64,000 nt of DNA from Terrimicrobiaceae bacterium (GTDB lineage Bacteria > Verrucomicrobiota > Verrucomicrobiia > Chthoniobacterales > Terrimicrobiaceae): NCBI GenBank assembly GCA_044342325.1, contig JBIIPZ010000008.1, positions 24,208 through 88,207 of the forward strand, in the 5' to 3' direction. Below the pieces are notes generated by a model. The model worked only from the letters and a program-made list of their open reading frames with translations, was not told where the DNA came from and did not search any database. Below, piece after piece: positions 39,469 through 50,857 of the stretch. The position numbers and the translations under genes are program-made. Position 1 is the stretch's first letter, and each line of letters begins with the position of its first letter.

Positions 39469-41540
39469 CTCGGCTTTCTCCCACAACGGCGCTGGAAGGG
39501 TTGCCTTGGGTTCCATCCAGTCGCGTCGCGGCTTTGCGGCGCTTGGGGTTGCTTACGCTTGAGGATTTGCTGCGCCATTTTCCACGGCGCTACGAGGACC
39601 GCCGTAAGTTCGACCGCTTTCCGGACAGTCCCTCCGAGACGGCTGTCTGTCTCTATGGCGTGGTCAAAAAGACGAGCTACAAACGCTTCGGCCCGCGCCG
39701 GATTTTTGAGACGATTCTCGAGGATGACAATGGAGGCATCCTGAGTAATCCCATCACCCTGCGTTGGTATAACATGCCCTGGGTGCAAAAAATGATCCTC
39801 GGCGGGCATCGGCTTGTTGTTTATGGCAAGCCCCGCGAACGCTCGAAGCGTCTGGTGATCGAACATCCCGAGTTCGAGGTCATTGAGGACGAAGGCGGGG
39901 TCTCCCTGCACTTCGACCGTATCACACCCGTGCACGGCGCGGGGGATGGCCTGCTTGTCCATGTTCTGCGCGAACTCATCCACCGTGCTCTCGAGGAAAG
40001 CGATCTGAGCGCCATTCCCCGCCTCTGGCCAGAGGGGAGGGGAGGAACGCCCTTCTTGCCGGATGTCTGGAGAGCTGTTCATTTTCCCGTGGATATGGCC
40101 GAGTGCGAGGAGGCCAGACGCCAACTCGTGAGGGATGTCTTTTTTGGAATCCAGCTCATCCTCGGCTCGCGGCATGCCTCGGTGAAAAAAAACGGAGGCT
40201 TCGCGCGACCGGGAAACAGTTCTGTTTGGCGGAGTGTCGAGGAGTCCCTGCCTTTCGTGCTCACCGATTCGCAGCGTGTGGTGATGGATGAGATTTCCAC
40301 CGATATGGCCGCTCCACACCGCATGAACCGCCTCCTCCAAGGAGATGTCGGTTCCGGAAAGACCATGGTGGCTCTACGGGCTATGATTCAAGCCCACGAG
40401 TCGGGGTGGCAGGCGGCTCTGATGGCGCCCACACAGATTTTGGCTGAGCAGCATTATCTGAACTTCCGCCGCATCCTGGATCCTCTCGGAATCCCGGTGG
40501 TGTTGCGAACCTCCTCGCGGCGGGAGGATTCCTTGAAAGGCCCGGATTTATTTGAATCGAACCCAAGTGGTCCCGCGCTTGTCGTCGGCACGCACGCACT
40601 CCTCTTCGAGAGCGCGGAGTTTGAGAAGCTGGGCCTTGTTGTCATCGACGAGCAACACAAGTTTGGCGTGCTGCAGCGCACCAAACTGATCGAACGGGCG
40701 GATGCTCCCGATGTGCTTGTGATGACGGCCACACCCATTCCTCGCACCATCACGCAGACCCTCTACGGCGATCTCGATGTTTCGATTTTGAAGCACCGTC
40801 CTGCTGGTCGTGGTCGCATTGTCACAGCTGTGCGTGAGGTCGAAAAGTTGCCAGCCATCGTTGATTTCCTGCGTGGGGAATTGGCGGCAGGTCGGCAGGC
40901 TTACATCGTGTATCCCCTCATCGAGGAATCTGAGAAACTCGATGTCAAAGCCGCCACGGCCGAGTTCGAAAAATGGACGGCGCTCTTGGCTCCGGCCACG
41001 GTTGGCATCGTTCATGGAAGAATCGATGCCGAGGCCAAGGAGGCTGTGATGCGCGAATTCCGCGAGGGGCGCCTCTCCGTGCTTGTGGCGACCACGGTCA
41101 TTGAAGTCGGAGTCGATGTGCCCAATGCCACCATCATGATCATCGAGGAGGCCGGGCGCTTCGGCCTTTCGCAGATGCACCAACTTCGCGGCCGCATTGG
41201 CCGAGGACCTGAGAAATCTTGGTGCATTCTTCTTCACGACGGCGCCACCGGCCCCGCCCTCGAAAAATTGAAGGTTCTCGAAAAGACATCGGATGGTTTT
41301 GAGATCGCCGAGGCCGACCTCCAACTGCGCGGGCCGGGCGATATTTTAGGCACCGCCCAGACCGGCCTGCCATCACTCGGGCTCGGCGACTTGCTGAGGG
41401 ATGCGGATATCATGGCCGAGGCCCGGCGGGTCGCTTTGGAAGTTCTCGCGGAGGATCCCGAACTCCGGCATCCCGCCCATGGATTGATGCGCGATTATGT
41501 TTCCAAGAACGCAGCGTGCCAGGAGCTGTCCGCAGGCTGA
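39465..41540 (+). CDS. recG: ATP-dependent DNA helicase RecG
   Basis: LLQGDVGSGKT, DEQHKFG, MTATPIPRT, HQLRGRIGRG and DLQLRGPG; ATGA overlap with recJ. Confidence 0.96.
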   Translation: MTRLSPTTALEGLPWVPSSRVAALRRLGLLTLEDLLRHFPRRYEDRRKFDRFPDSPSETAVCLYGVVKKTSYKRFGPRRIFETILEDDNGGILSNPITLRWYNMPWVQKMILGGHRLVVYGKPRERSKRLVIEHPEFEVIEDEGGVSLHFDRITPVHGAGDGLLVHVLRELIHRALEESDLSAIPRLWPEGRGGTPFLPDVWRAVHFPVDMAECEEARRQLVRDVFFGIQLILGSRHASVKKNGGFARPGNSSVWRSVEESLPFVLTDSQRVVMDEISTDMAAPHRMNRLLQGDVGSGKTMVALRAMIQAHESGWQAALMAPTQILAEQHYLNFRRILDPLGIPVVLRTSSRREDSLKGPDLFESNPSGPALVVGTHALLFESAEFEKLGLVVIDEQHKFGVLQRTKLIERADAPDVLVMTATPIPRTITQTLYGDLDVSILKHRPAGRGRIVTAVREVEKLPAIVDFLRGELAAGRQAYIVYPLIEESEKLDVKAATAEFEKWTALLAPATVGIVHGRIDAEAKEAVMREFREGRLSVLVATTVIEVGVDVPNATIMIIEEAGRFGLSQMHQLRGRIGRGPEKSWCILLHDGATGPALEKLKVLEKTSDGFEIAEADLQLRGPGDILGTAQTGLPSLGLGDLLRDADIMAEARRVALEVLAEDPELRHPAHGLMRDYVSKNAACQELSAG

Positions 41541-41591
41541 TTTCGTGCCTTGTCAAAAGCCCGTGCGGGTTTATTAGTAGCCACTAAATCT

Positions 41592-42149
41592 ATGCCAGCC
41601 GCCAATGATCTCCGCAAAGGAATGGCCATCCGCTACAACGGAAACCCAGCCATCGTTCTCGACATCCACCACCGCACGCCCGGAAACCTTCGCGCTTTTG
41701 TTCAGTGCATCATCCGCTACATCGGAACCGGTAAATCGGCCGATATCCGCTTCTCCTCCACAGAAAAAGTGGATGTTGTGGATGTAAACCGCCAACCGCT
41801 TGAATTCAGCTACAGCGACCATCAGGGCTACCATTTCATGGACCCTTCCACTTATGAGACGATCACGCTCAACGAGTCGCTGATCGGCGATTCCAAGCAG
41901 TATCTCGTCGAAAACCTCAAGGTCGAAGTTCTCAGCATCGAAGGCCGCCCAGCCCAGATCGAGTTGCCATCCTCAGTCGTCCTCAAGGTGGTCGAATCCG
42001 CCGAAGGCATCCGCGGTGACTCCGCAAACAATGTTCAAAAGCCTGCCACTCTCGAAACCGGCAAGATCATCAATGTTCCGCTCTTCATCAAGGAAGGTGA
42101 ACTGATCAAGGTCAGCACCGTCGATGGCACTTACATGAGCCGCGCGTAA
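41592..42149 (+). CDS. efp: Elongation factor P (PGNLR loop type)
   Basis: DLRKGMAI, HRTPGNLRAF, KPATLETG, VPLFI and YMSRA. Confidence 0.95.
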   Translation: MPAANDLRKGMAIRYNGNPAIVLDIHHRTPGNLRAFVQCIIRYIGTGKSADIRFSSTEKVDVVDVNRQPLEFSYSDHQGYHFMDPSTYETITLNESLIGDSKQYLVENLKVEVLSIEGRPAQIELPSSVVLKVVESAEGIRGDSANNVQKPATLETGKIINVPLFIKEGELIKVSTVDGTYMSRA

Positions 42150-42205
42150 GATTTCTCGAAAAATCCATTTGACTTTGCGTTTCCACACGCGAGCTTAAAA
42201 GCCTT

Positions 42206-42373
42206 ATGAAAAAAATCGCACTCCTCGCAGCAGTAGTCGTCGCTTTCTCCGCATCGGCCGTCATGGCTGGATCCTGCCCCGGCAGTGGATGCGGCGGTGG
42301 TGACAAATCCAAGGATAAAGAAGGAACCAAAGACGGTGAGAAAAAATCCCTCACTGTTGAAGTTGCCCTCTAA
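42206..42373 (+). CDS. Unlisted 55-aa secreted Cys/Gly/Lys-rich micro-protein
   Basis: Own translation: MKKIALLAAVVVAFSASAVMA-GSCPGSGCGGGDKSKDKEGTKDGEKKSLTVEVAL*; clear Sec signal peptide and followed by a terminator. Confidence 0.75.
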   Translation: MKKIALLAAVVVAFSASAVMAGSCPGSGCGGGDKSKDKEGTKDGEKKSLTVEVAL

Positions 42374-42401
42374 GAAATTTTAGAAAATTTCCTTCCAACG
42401 A

Positions 42402-42442
42402 AAGGCGCGGGTGGTCCAAGGATCACCCGCGTTTTTGTTTTG
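42402..42442 (+). terminator. Intrinsic terminator after the micro-protein gene
   Basis: GGCGCGGGTGGTCC-AA-GGATCACCCGCGTT followed by TTTGTTTT. Confidence 0.75.
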
Positions 42443-42677
42443 TTAAAAGACGCAATCGCGGCATCAGCGCTGCGGGTTTTGAAAAACACTCTTCGGGCGT
42501 CCCTGCAGGCGAGTGGGCGTTGTTTTCTTCGATCTGAGATTGCTTGTGGCGAAAAATAAAAACTCCGGATCTCGGAAATGTTTCCCTGATGCATTTTTTC
42601 AGCATTTTTCTGGGTTTTTGGATGTAAATTTTGCCGCAAATCCCAAAAAGTTGGCCCGGTTTATGCTTGGCTCAAAA

Positions 42678-42724
42678 CCACTATATATTGTGGTTGGTAA
42701 AAAAAAATCCACAACATAGAGATT
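42678..42724 (+). promoter_or_regulatory. Tandem NrdR boxes upstream of nrdBA
   Basis: CCACTATATATTGTGG (42678-42693) and weaker CCACAACATAGAGATT (42709-42724), 31 bp apart; matches the acaCwAtATaTwGtg consensus. Confidence 0.85.
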
Positions 42725-42841
42725 TTTTTTGACTTTTAGGGGTTTGAAAAATAAAAAGCACACCTGCCTGCATGCCTGTGGCGTAGATTGCATGCGGAAC
42801 CACCCGCCAACGCATTTGCTGAACACCAAACTTTACTCAAA

Positions 42842-43933
<1,092 letters not shown>

Positions 43934-43960
43934 AAAAACCCTCCACTACCCAAAAACCAC

Positions 43961-46900
43961 ATGCCTCGACACCTCTCTCTCGACGAAGATATCGCGCTGA
44001 AGCGCCTCGTCACCATGCCACGCGACCAGAAGCCCGACTTCTCCTGGCGCGAAGCGATTGCCACTCCTGCACACCCGCTCACTGGGATCACTGTGACACG
44101 CACTAACGGCGACGAACAGTCGTTCAACCTCTCTGATGTAGCAGACGAAATCGGAGAAGCCCTCACCGACTTGCTGCTCTCGCGCGAGGAGAAAAACATC
44201 TTCAACGAGCAAAATCGCGGCTTCGTCGCGAATGTGGCCCACTCGGTGGCTTTGAGCCTCGCCGAGCAGGCGCAGAAGGGCGGTTCGCTCCGCCTCTCCG
44301 AGCATGATTTGTCGCTTCTCATCGAAAAAGCTCTCATCGAAAACGACGCTCATGATGTCGCAAAGAGCCTTGTTTTCAAACGCTCGATCCGCTCTGGAAG
44401 TTCATCCACACTCGTTCTGGAGGCGGAGCCGATGAATGTTCGCCTGATTCGCCGCAATGGCGCTGTTGTTCCTTGGATGGAATCCAAAATCGAGGCCGCC
44501 TGCCGCCGCGCCTTCCTTTCCATGAAGGAAAACGCCGAGGCCGCCGCATCGATCTCCCGAGGAGTCAGCGAGCGCGTCCGTGCCCGCGACTCGGCATTCG
44601 TTCACATCGAGGATGTGCAGGATCTCGTGCAGGAGGAACTCATGCGCCAAGGCTACTACAAAGTCGCCGAGAGCTATATTCTCTACCGCGCCCAGCGCGC
44701 CAGTCACCGCGAGGAGGTCGTCAAAACGGAAGCCGAGGCGGAGACCAGCGATCTCCAAGAATCCCTCATCATGGTCGTGCAACGCGATGGTCAGAGCGTT
44801 CTCTGGGATGGCTCCGAGCTTCGTAAGCGAATCCAGTTTGCGATGATCGGCCTCGATCTGAACCTCGACCCGCTTCACATCGAGCGCGAGCTTCGCCGTT
44901 CCCTTGCGACCGAGGTGACCGAGGACATTCTAAAAAACACGGTCATTTTGAATGCCCGCACGCTCATCGAGCGCGATGCCGACTTCGCCAAGTTCGCGGC
45001 TCGCATCATGCTCTCTTACATTTACGAGGAAGTCCTCGACTGGAAAATCCAGCGCGACGGCATAGAAGGTCTCCGTGATGCCCATCGCAAGGCCTTCAAG
45101 AGCTATCTTCGCACAGCTGTTGGAATCGAGCGTCTCACGCCGAAGCTTCTCGGATACGATCTCGATGTTCTCGCTGATGCCATCGATCCCACAGCCGACA
45201 TGGACTTTGATTTCCTTGGGATTCAGACGCTCTACGATCGCTACCTCATCATCGATAAAACCAAAAAAACACTCCGCCGCTTGGAAACACCGCAGTTCTT
45301 CTGGATGCGCGTTGCGATGGGTCTCTTCATCGAGGAGCCTGCAAAGCGCGAGGATTGGGTTATTCGTCTCTACAATCTTTATAAGAGCCGCCGCTTTTGC
45401 TCCAGCACGCCCACGCTCTTCAACTCTGGCACCCTGCACAGCCAGCTTTCCAGTTGCTATCTCTACAAAGTGGACGACTCCATCGAGTCGATCATGCAGC
45501 GCGGCATCGCGGAAAACGCCTATCTCTCGAAATGGGCCGGCGGACTCGGAGGCTCATGGACAGCGGTTCGTGGCACCGGAAGCTACATCAAAGGCACAAA
45601 CGGTGAGAGCCAGGGCGTCATTCCTTTCCTCAAGCTGCACAACGATCAGCTCGTAGCCGTGAACCAAGGTGGCAAGCGCCGTGGTTCAGGCTGTGCCTAT
45701 CTCGAGACTTGGCACAACGATGTGGAAGACTTCCTGCAACTTCGCCGCAACACAGGCGACGACCGTCGGCGCACGCATGATCTCAATACAGCCAACTGGG
45801 TTCCCGACCTTTTCATGAAGCGCATGGAGTCCCGTGAGAACTGGACACTCTTCCGCACCAATGAAGTGCCAGACCTTCATGATGCCTATGGACGCAAGTT
45901 CGAGGAGCGTTACCTCCACTATGAAGAGCTCGCCCGCCAAGGCAAAATCACCGGCAAGGAAGTGCCTGCCATCGATCTTTGGAAGCAGATGCTCAAGATG
46001 CTTCTTGAGACTGGGCATCCATGGATCACATTCAAAGATCCCTGCAACCTCCGCAGCCCGCAGGACCATATCGGAGTCATCCACTCCTCAAACCTCTGCA
46101 CAGAGATCACCCTCAATACCAGTGAGGATGAGACGGCGGTCTGTAACCTCGGGTCAATCGTTCTTGATACACATATCAAAGCCGATGGTTCGCTGGATCA
46201 TGAAATGCTGCGCGAAACGATTCATGTCGCCATTCGTGCCCTCGACAATGTCATCGACATCAATTTTTACCCCACGGAGGCCGCCAAGCGCTCGAATGTG
46301 CGCCACCGTCCGATTGGGCTTGGAGTGATGGGTCTTCAAGATGCGTTGTTCAAACGCAATGTCAGCTTCGCCAGTGCGGAGGCTGTCGATTTCAACGACG
46401 AATTCATGGAGGCCATTGCCTACCACGCCTACGCGGCATCGAGCGACCTGGCCGCCGAGCGCGGGCCTTACAGCAGCTATCGTGGCTCAAAGTGGGATCG
46501 TGGTCTTCTGCCTCAGGACACCATCGACCTCCTCGAGCGCGAGCGCGGCGTCAAAATCGATGTTCCCCGCGGCGGTCGCATGGATTGGTCACCTGTCCGT
46601 GACAAAATCAAAAAGCAGGGCATGCGCAATTCAAATGTCATCGCCATCGCGCCAACAGCCACGATCTCGAATATCATGGGCACCACCCCATGCATCGAAC
46701 CGAACTATAAAAACCTCTACGCCAAGGAAAATCTCGGCGGCAAGTTTACTATCCTCAGCACCGAGTTGGTTCGCGATCTCAAGAAGATTGGCAAATGGGA
46801 CACCCGCATGCTCGAACAGATCAAATATTTCGAGGGTGAACTCGGCAACATCGAGGACATCCCAGTTGCGATCCGGGAGAAGCACCGCACGGTTTTCTCG

Positions 46901-47221
46901 ATTCCCTTCGACTTCGTCATCGACGCCGCCGCGCGCCGCCAGAAGTGGATCGACCAGTCCCAGTCGGTGAACCTCTTCATCGGCGAGCCCGATATGAAGA
47001 TCGCCAGCCACATGTATCGCCGCGCTTGGCACACGGGGCTGAAAACCACCTACTACTTGCGAACCCTCGGCGCCTCCAGTATCGAAGGCCCGACCACGAA
47101 TGTGAAAAAGGAACTCCGCGGAGTTGTTGCAGGGCCCAAGGCCGAATACACCGCTGAGGAAAAGATGGCTTGCTCCATCGAAGCCATGCGCAACGGCGGG
47201 GAATGCGAGGCCTGCCAGTAA
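43961..47221 (+). CDS. nrdA: Ribonucleotide reductase alpha subunit with multiple N-terminal ATP cones
   Basis: STPTLFNSG, LSSCY, SSNLCTEI, AVCNLGS, APTATIS, TTYYLR and C-terminal CEACQ. Confidence 0.97.
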   Translation: MPRHLSLDEDIALKRLVTMPRDQKPDFSWREAIATPAHPLTGITVTRTNGDEQSFNLSDVADEIGEALTDLLLSREEKNIFNEQNRGFVANVAHSVALSLAEQAQKGGSLRLSEHDLSLLIEKALIENDAHDVAKSLVFKRSIRSGSSSTLVLEAEPMNVRLIRRNGAVVPWMESKIEAACRRAFLSMKENAEAAASISRGVSERVRARDSAFVHIEDVQDLVQEELMRQGYYKVAESYILYRAQRASHREEVVKTEAEAETSDLQESLIMVVQRDGQSVLWDGSELRKRIQFAMIGLDLNLDPLHIERELRRSLATEVTEDILKNTVILNARTLIERDADFAKFAARIMLSYIYEEVLDWKIQRDGIEGLRDAHRKAFKSYLRTAVGIERLTPKLLGYDLDVLADAIDPTADMDFDFLGIQTLYDRYLIIDKTKKTLRRLETPQFFWMRVAMGLFIEEPAKREDWVIRLYNLYKSRRFCSSTPTLFNSGTLHSQLSSCYLYKVDDSIESIMQRGIAENAYLSKWAGGLGGSWTAVRGTGSYIKGTNGESQGVIPFLKLHNDQLVAVNQGGKRRGSGCAYLETWHNDVEDFLQLRRNTGDDRRRTHDLNTANWVPDLFMKRMESRENWTLFRTNEVPDLHDAYGRKFEERYLHYEELARQGKITGKEVPAIDLWKQMLKMLLETGHPWITFKDPCNLRSPQDHIGVIHSSNLCTEITLNTSEDETAVCNLGSIVLDTHIKADGSLDHEMLRETIHVAIRALDNVIDINFYPTEAAKRSNVRHRPIGLGVMGLQDALFKRNVSFASAEAVDFNDEFMEAIAYHAYAASSDLAAERGPYSSYRGSKWDRGLLPQDTIDLLERERGVKIDVPRGGRMDWSPVRDKIKKQGMRNSNVIAIAPTATISNIMGTTPCIEPNYKNLYAKENLGGKFTILSTELVRDLKKIGKWDTRMLEQIKYFEGELGNIEDIPVAIREKHRTVFSIPFDFVIDAAARRQKWIDQSQSVNLFIGEPDMKIASHMYRRAWHTGLKTTYYLRTLGASSIEGPTTNVKKELRGVVAGPKAEYTAEEKMACSIEAMRNGGECEACQ

Positions 47222-47270
47222 TTGGCGCCTCAAATTCTCAGCCAAATTCAAAACTCAACGATTAAACAGC

Positions 47271-47750
47271 ATGTCAATTAACACTCCTCAACTCCCCTCA
47301 GTCGGGATTGTTGCCAATTTGGACCCTTCAGACATTGACGCTTTGGGATCCTACGGAACATTTGAATTCGCAGCACCCGGAACGGTTGTTATCGAGCAGG
47401 GGCAATCCCACGGGAAGTTGTTTCTCGTCATCAACGGCGTGCTCCACGCCCGCCGCAATGACCAAGGAAATGATGTGCTCCTCGGCCAAGTTGAGGAAGG
47501 CGAATGGATGGGCGAGGTCGACCTCTTCGATCCATCGGAAGCCGTGTGCTCCGTGGTAGCCGTGAAGGAGTGTCAATACTGGGTCATTACCCGCGATAAC
47601 CTCGAAGAGTTCATCAACAACTATCCTTCGGCTGGTATTCTTCTTCTGATCGGCCTCTCGACAACGCTAAGCCGCCGCATTCGTGAGGTGACGCGCAAAC
47701 TCGCCGAGCAGACGGAACTCACCAAGCTCCACGAATCCATGAGGAATTGA
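47271..47750 (+). CDS. Stand-alone cyclic-nucleotide-binding domain protein
   Basis: VIEQGQSHGKLFLVINGVL...GEWMGEVDLF...SVVA; no HTH domain. Confidence 0.82.
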   Translation: MSINTPQLPSVGIVANLDPSDIDALGSYGTFEFAAPGTVVIEQGQSHGKLFLVINGVLHARRNDQGNDVLLGQVEEGEWMGEVDLFDPSEAVCSVVAVKECQYWVITRDNLEEFINNYPSAGILLLIGLSTTLSRRIREVTRKLAEQTELTKLHESMRN

Positions 47751-47760
47751 CTCTGCCTCG

Positions 47761-48288
47761 ATGCTGAAATCACTCGCAATAGCCCTGCTCTTGACCTCCT
47801 CATCCCTCCAAGCGATGGATTCGAAGGGGGCCTTGGCGTGTCTGGAAGCCCTTCCTGAAAAGTATAGGAATGGTGTTCTCAAACTCTCTGCCGACAATGC
47901 CGACCCTGATCCGGACACTTGGTATGTCTCCGCGCAGGCCGGGCCTGATGACAAGGGCATGCGAAGCATCGAGGTTGCGTCCGGTCAGATCATTTCTGAT
48001 AAACCCGCACTCGGTCTGCGTGAGATTTTTTCTTCTGCCAAGCCGCTGGATCTCTCCAAAGTCCAACTTGATTCGCGTGAGATTTTTGACATCGCCCAGC
48101 AATATGCCGGAGCGAATGGAAAGCAGATCGGAACAGTGAGTTTTGTCCTCAATCAGCAAGGCAGCTCGGCTGTTCCCATATGGTCTGTCTGGTGTTATGG
48201 ACCAAATGGAACCTACTTCGGCGAGTTGAACCTCCTTGCGACCGATGGCACCGTGATTTCCAACGACGCCTTCCCGAAGAAACCCTAA
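47761..48288 (+). CDS. Secreted hypothetical protein (PepSY-like C-terminus possible)
   Basis: Signal peptide MLKSLAIALLLTSSSLQA; PIWSVWC...LLATDGTVI. Confidence 0.65.
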   Translation: MLKSLAIALLLTSSSLQAMDSKGALACLEALPEKYRNGVLKLSADNADPDPDTWYVSAQAGPDDKGMRSIEVASGQIISDKPALGLREIFSSAKPLDLSKVQLDSREIFDIAQQYAGANGKQIGTVSFVLNQQGSSAVPIWSVWCYGPNGTYFGELNLLATDGTVISNDAFPKKP

Positions 48289-48308
48289 TGCCTTAGCGGG
48301 CATGCACT

Positions 48309-49061
48309 ATGGCATCTGGCAAAAAAAGGCTCGATGCCTCACTTGTTGAACGCGGTTTTTTTCCAACTGTGGATCAAGCCGCGAGGGCTGTGATGGCTGG
48401 GCAGGTCTTTATTAAAGGCCAACCAGTCTCCAAGCCTGGGACTTCCGTGGCACCCGATGCGGACATCAGTCTCGCCGCGCGGGAAAAGTATGTCGGCCGC
48501 GGGGGATTTAAGCTGGAGGCCGCTTTGGATCACTTCGCTATCGATCCTTCTGGCCTTGTCTGTGTCGACATCGGCGCCTCCACCGGTGGGTTCACCGATT
48601 GCCTCCTGCAGAGGGGAGCGAGCCTGGTTCATGCGGTGGATGTCGGGCACTCGCAGCTCCACTGGCGCCTGAGGGCGGATTCGCGCGTCATCTGCCGCGA
48701 GGGCTTCAATGCACGGTTTCTGGCGCCCGGCGACTTTTTGCCACCGCCCGAGCTGGCAGTCGGGGATGTCAGCTTTATTTCCCTCACGGTCATTTTGCCG
48801 GCGGTTTTCCGTGTTCTTCCAGAAGGCGCGAATGCCGTTTTTCTCATTAAGCCCCAATTCGAGGCCCCCAAAGGTTCACTACCTCCAGGGGGAGTAGTTC
48901 GGGACGACGCCGTGCGCTTGGCTTGTGTTGAAAAAATCCAAAAATTTGTGGAGGAATCTGGTCAACAATGGCTCGGCTACATTCCGTCCCCTATCACCGG
49001 ACATGACGGAAATGTGGAATATCTGGCCCACATCAAGAAGGTGAGCGGGCCGCTAACTTGA
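48309..49061 (+). CDS. tlyA: TlyA-family rRNA methyltransferase
   Basis: S4 domain KRLDASLV, YVGRGGFKL, DIGASTGGFTD, DVSFISL, IKPQFE and GNVEYL. Confidence 0.93.
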   Translation: MASGKKRLDASLVERGFFPTVDQAARAVMAGQVFIKGQPVSKPGTSVAPDADISLAAREKYVGRGGFKLEAALDHFAIDPSGLVCVDIGASTGGFTDCLLQRGASLVHAVDVGHSQLHWRLRADSRVICREGFNARFLAPGDFLPPPELAVGDVSFISLTVILPAVFRVLPEGANAVFLIKPQFEAPKGSLPPGGVVRDDAVRLACVEKIQKFVEESGQQWLGYIPSPITGHDGNVEYLAHIKKVSGPLT

Positions 49062-49067
49062 GCCAAT

Positions 49068-50576
49068 TTAGAAATTGAAATTGAAGCTCGTGTCGAAGCG
49101 GGTTTGAAGTTCTTCGTTGTTTGCTTGGCCGGTGGAGACTTGGAAGGTGTTCTGCCAGGCAAGCCATTCGCGAATGCGCCAGTAGAGCGAGGCATTGGCG
49201 AGCCAGTAGTCGGCCGGGCCTTCGACCGGATTGGGCAGTTTTTCGCTGGTGAGCGAAACATATTCGGACTGCTCATAGCCCGCCGACAGCGAAACATTTA
49301 TGCCTTTGAACAACTGCTGCGCCACTGTGCCGAGGATGCCGCGGGTGATGTTATATTGATCTGGAGAAAGGGTGGAGAAACCTTGGTTCTGGTAAACCGA
49401 GAGCGAGAGTCTGGTTTTTTCCCTCATATCCCAACCTGCAACCAAGCTGAAGTTCGGCCGGATATCCGCGCCCTGCATTCCGAATTTTGCTTTGAAGTAG
49501 GTCTTCTCGGTGGGGGTGTAATTGATCCCCGCCGTGTAAACGGGCCTTACGCCAACGTATTCGGGGTCTGGAATGTTTTGATCTAGCACATAGCCCACAC
49601 CGCCGCCCGCGTCCACCGAGAGCTTGGGTGCGAGTTGATAGGTCAGCATAAGCATGGCATCGAAGAAGCGCCTTCCTTCTGTGACGCCGCCGCTGAAGTC
49701 CTGCAAGTCCTGACCCGCACTCAAAATCATTCGGACATTGGTTTTTGGCGTCACAAGATAGTCCGCAAACAAGCTTGCAGCAGCCGAGAGACTGTTGCTG
49801 TTCGGTTGCGGGGTTTCCCCTGTGGCTACCTGGGCATCCGCCGTATTTGAATAAGTGCCCGAGACGGCTCCGCCTACGCTAAATTCTTCGCTGATGATGT
49901 AGCGCACAGAAAGGCCCGCCGATATTGTGGACTGCCAGTTATTCGCACCGGCGACTGGATCGTAGCCAGTTCCCGACGAGGCGCTGGCATTGAGGTTCAC
50001 CGCCAAGCGGCTTGTATTGTATCCGATATCAATCCCGGCTGTCATCGCGAGCGGGTTGCGCTGCGCGCCCGTTCCAGCCGCCGTGTAGTCTTGGTTGAAG
50101 TAGTATCTGTAGCCAGCGGAGTATTGCGCCGAGACATTCCACACACCCACTTCCCGTTCATATGTGACCGCTGCGGTGGGCGCGGCAAAGAAGCTGTTGT
50201 TATCGTTGAAATCGGTGTCTCCTCCCACGGAGTTCTGATTGGTGTATTCCCAGCCTGTTGCCAGCCCGAGTTGAAAATCCAGCGGTCCAAAGCGTAGCCT
50301 GCGCTTGAGGCTTTCCGCCATGCTGTCCATGGATTGTGAGAGACCTTGCGGTTGTGGTTCCTCTGCCGCCTCTGGTTCGCCTACCTGTTCCCCAACATCT
50401 TCCCCAAGCCCTCCATTCGGTTGAAAGTATTGTGCAGGCACGGCGCGGTCTTCCTGGCGCCCTTCCCATCTCGATCGAAACTCAGCTTCACGAACAGTGA
50501 GCACCGTTTGAGCGTCTGCTTCAGCCTGCGTAAAAAGAAGCATGCCAAGCAGGATAGAAGCTATCCAAGCTTTCAT
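49068..50576 (-). CDS. Outer-membrane beta-barrel protein
   Basis: Signal peptide MKAWIASILLGMLLFTQAEA, alternating amphipathic strands and a C-terminal Phe (TSFNFNF). Confidence 0.75.
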   Translation of the reverse strand: MKAWIASILLGMLLFTQAEADAQTVLTVREAEFRSRWEGRQEDRAVPAQYFQPNGGLGEDVGEQVGEPEAAEEPQPQGLSQSMDSMAESLKRRLRFGPLDFQLGLATGWEYTNQNSVGGDTDFNDNNSFFAAPTAAVTYEREVGVWNVSAQYSAGYRYYFNQDYTAAGTGAQRNPLAMTAGIDIGYNTSRLAVNLNASASSGTGYDPVAGANNWQSTISAGLSVRYIISEEFSVGGAVSGTYSNTADAQVATGETPQPNSNSLSAAASLFADYLVTPKTNVRMILSAGQDLQDFSGGVTEGRRFFDAMLMLTYQLAPKLSVDAGGGVGYVLDQNIPDPEYVGVRPVYTAGINYTPTEKTYFKAKFGMQGADIRPNFSLVAGWDMREKTRLSLSVYQNQGFSTLSPDQYNITRGILGTVAQQLFKGINVSLSAGYEQSEYVSLTSEKLPNPVEGPADYWLANASLYWRIREWLAWQNTFQVSTGQANNEELQTRFDTSFNFNF

Positions 50577-50857
50577 CGATCGAGGCCTCAAGAGGCTCAA
50601 TGTCTGAATGAGGTTATGCATTGGCAGAGTTATTCACAATCAATCGCCACCCTCTGGATACTTGATTTTGAAGTGAGACAAATCATTTCGGGGAGAATTA
50701 TTTTTGGGTTCCTGTGACTAGTCAGAATTTGTTTAGGGGGATTATTCATTTTTTCCAGCTTTAAGTCGATTATACTTTGGTTAAAGGGAAGGGCCCCATA
50801 TCCGAGCAGGTCATTCTTAGGGGCGTGACATATGTGTGTGGAGTAAGCGCCGCGGCC

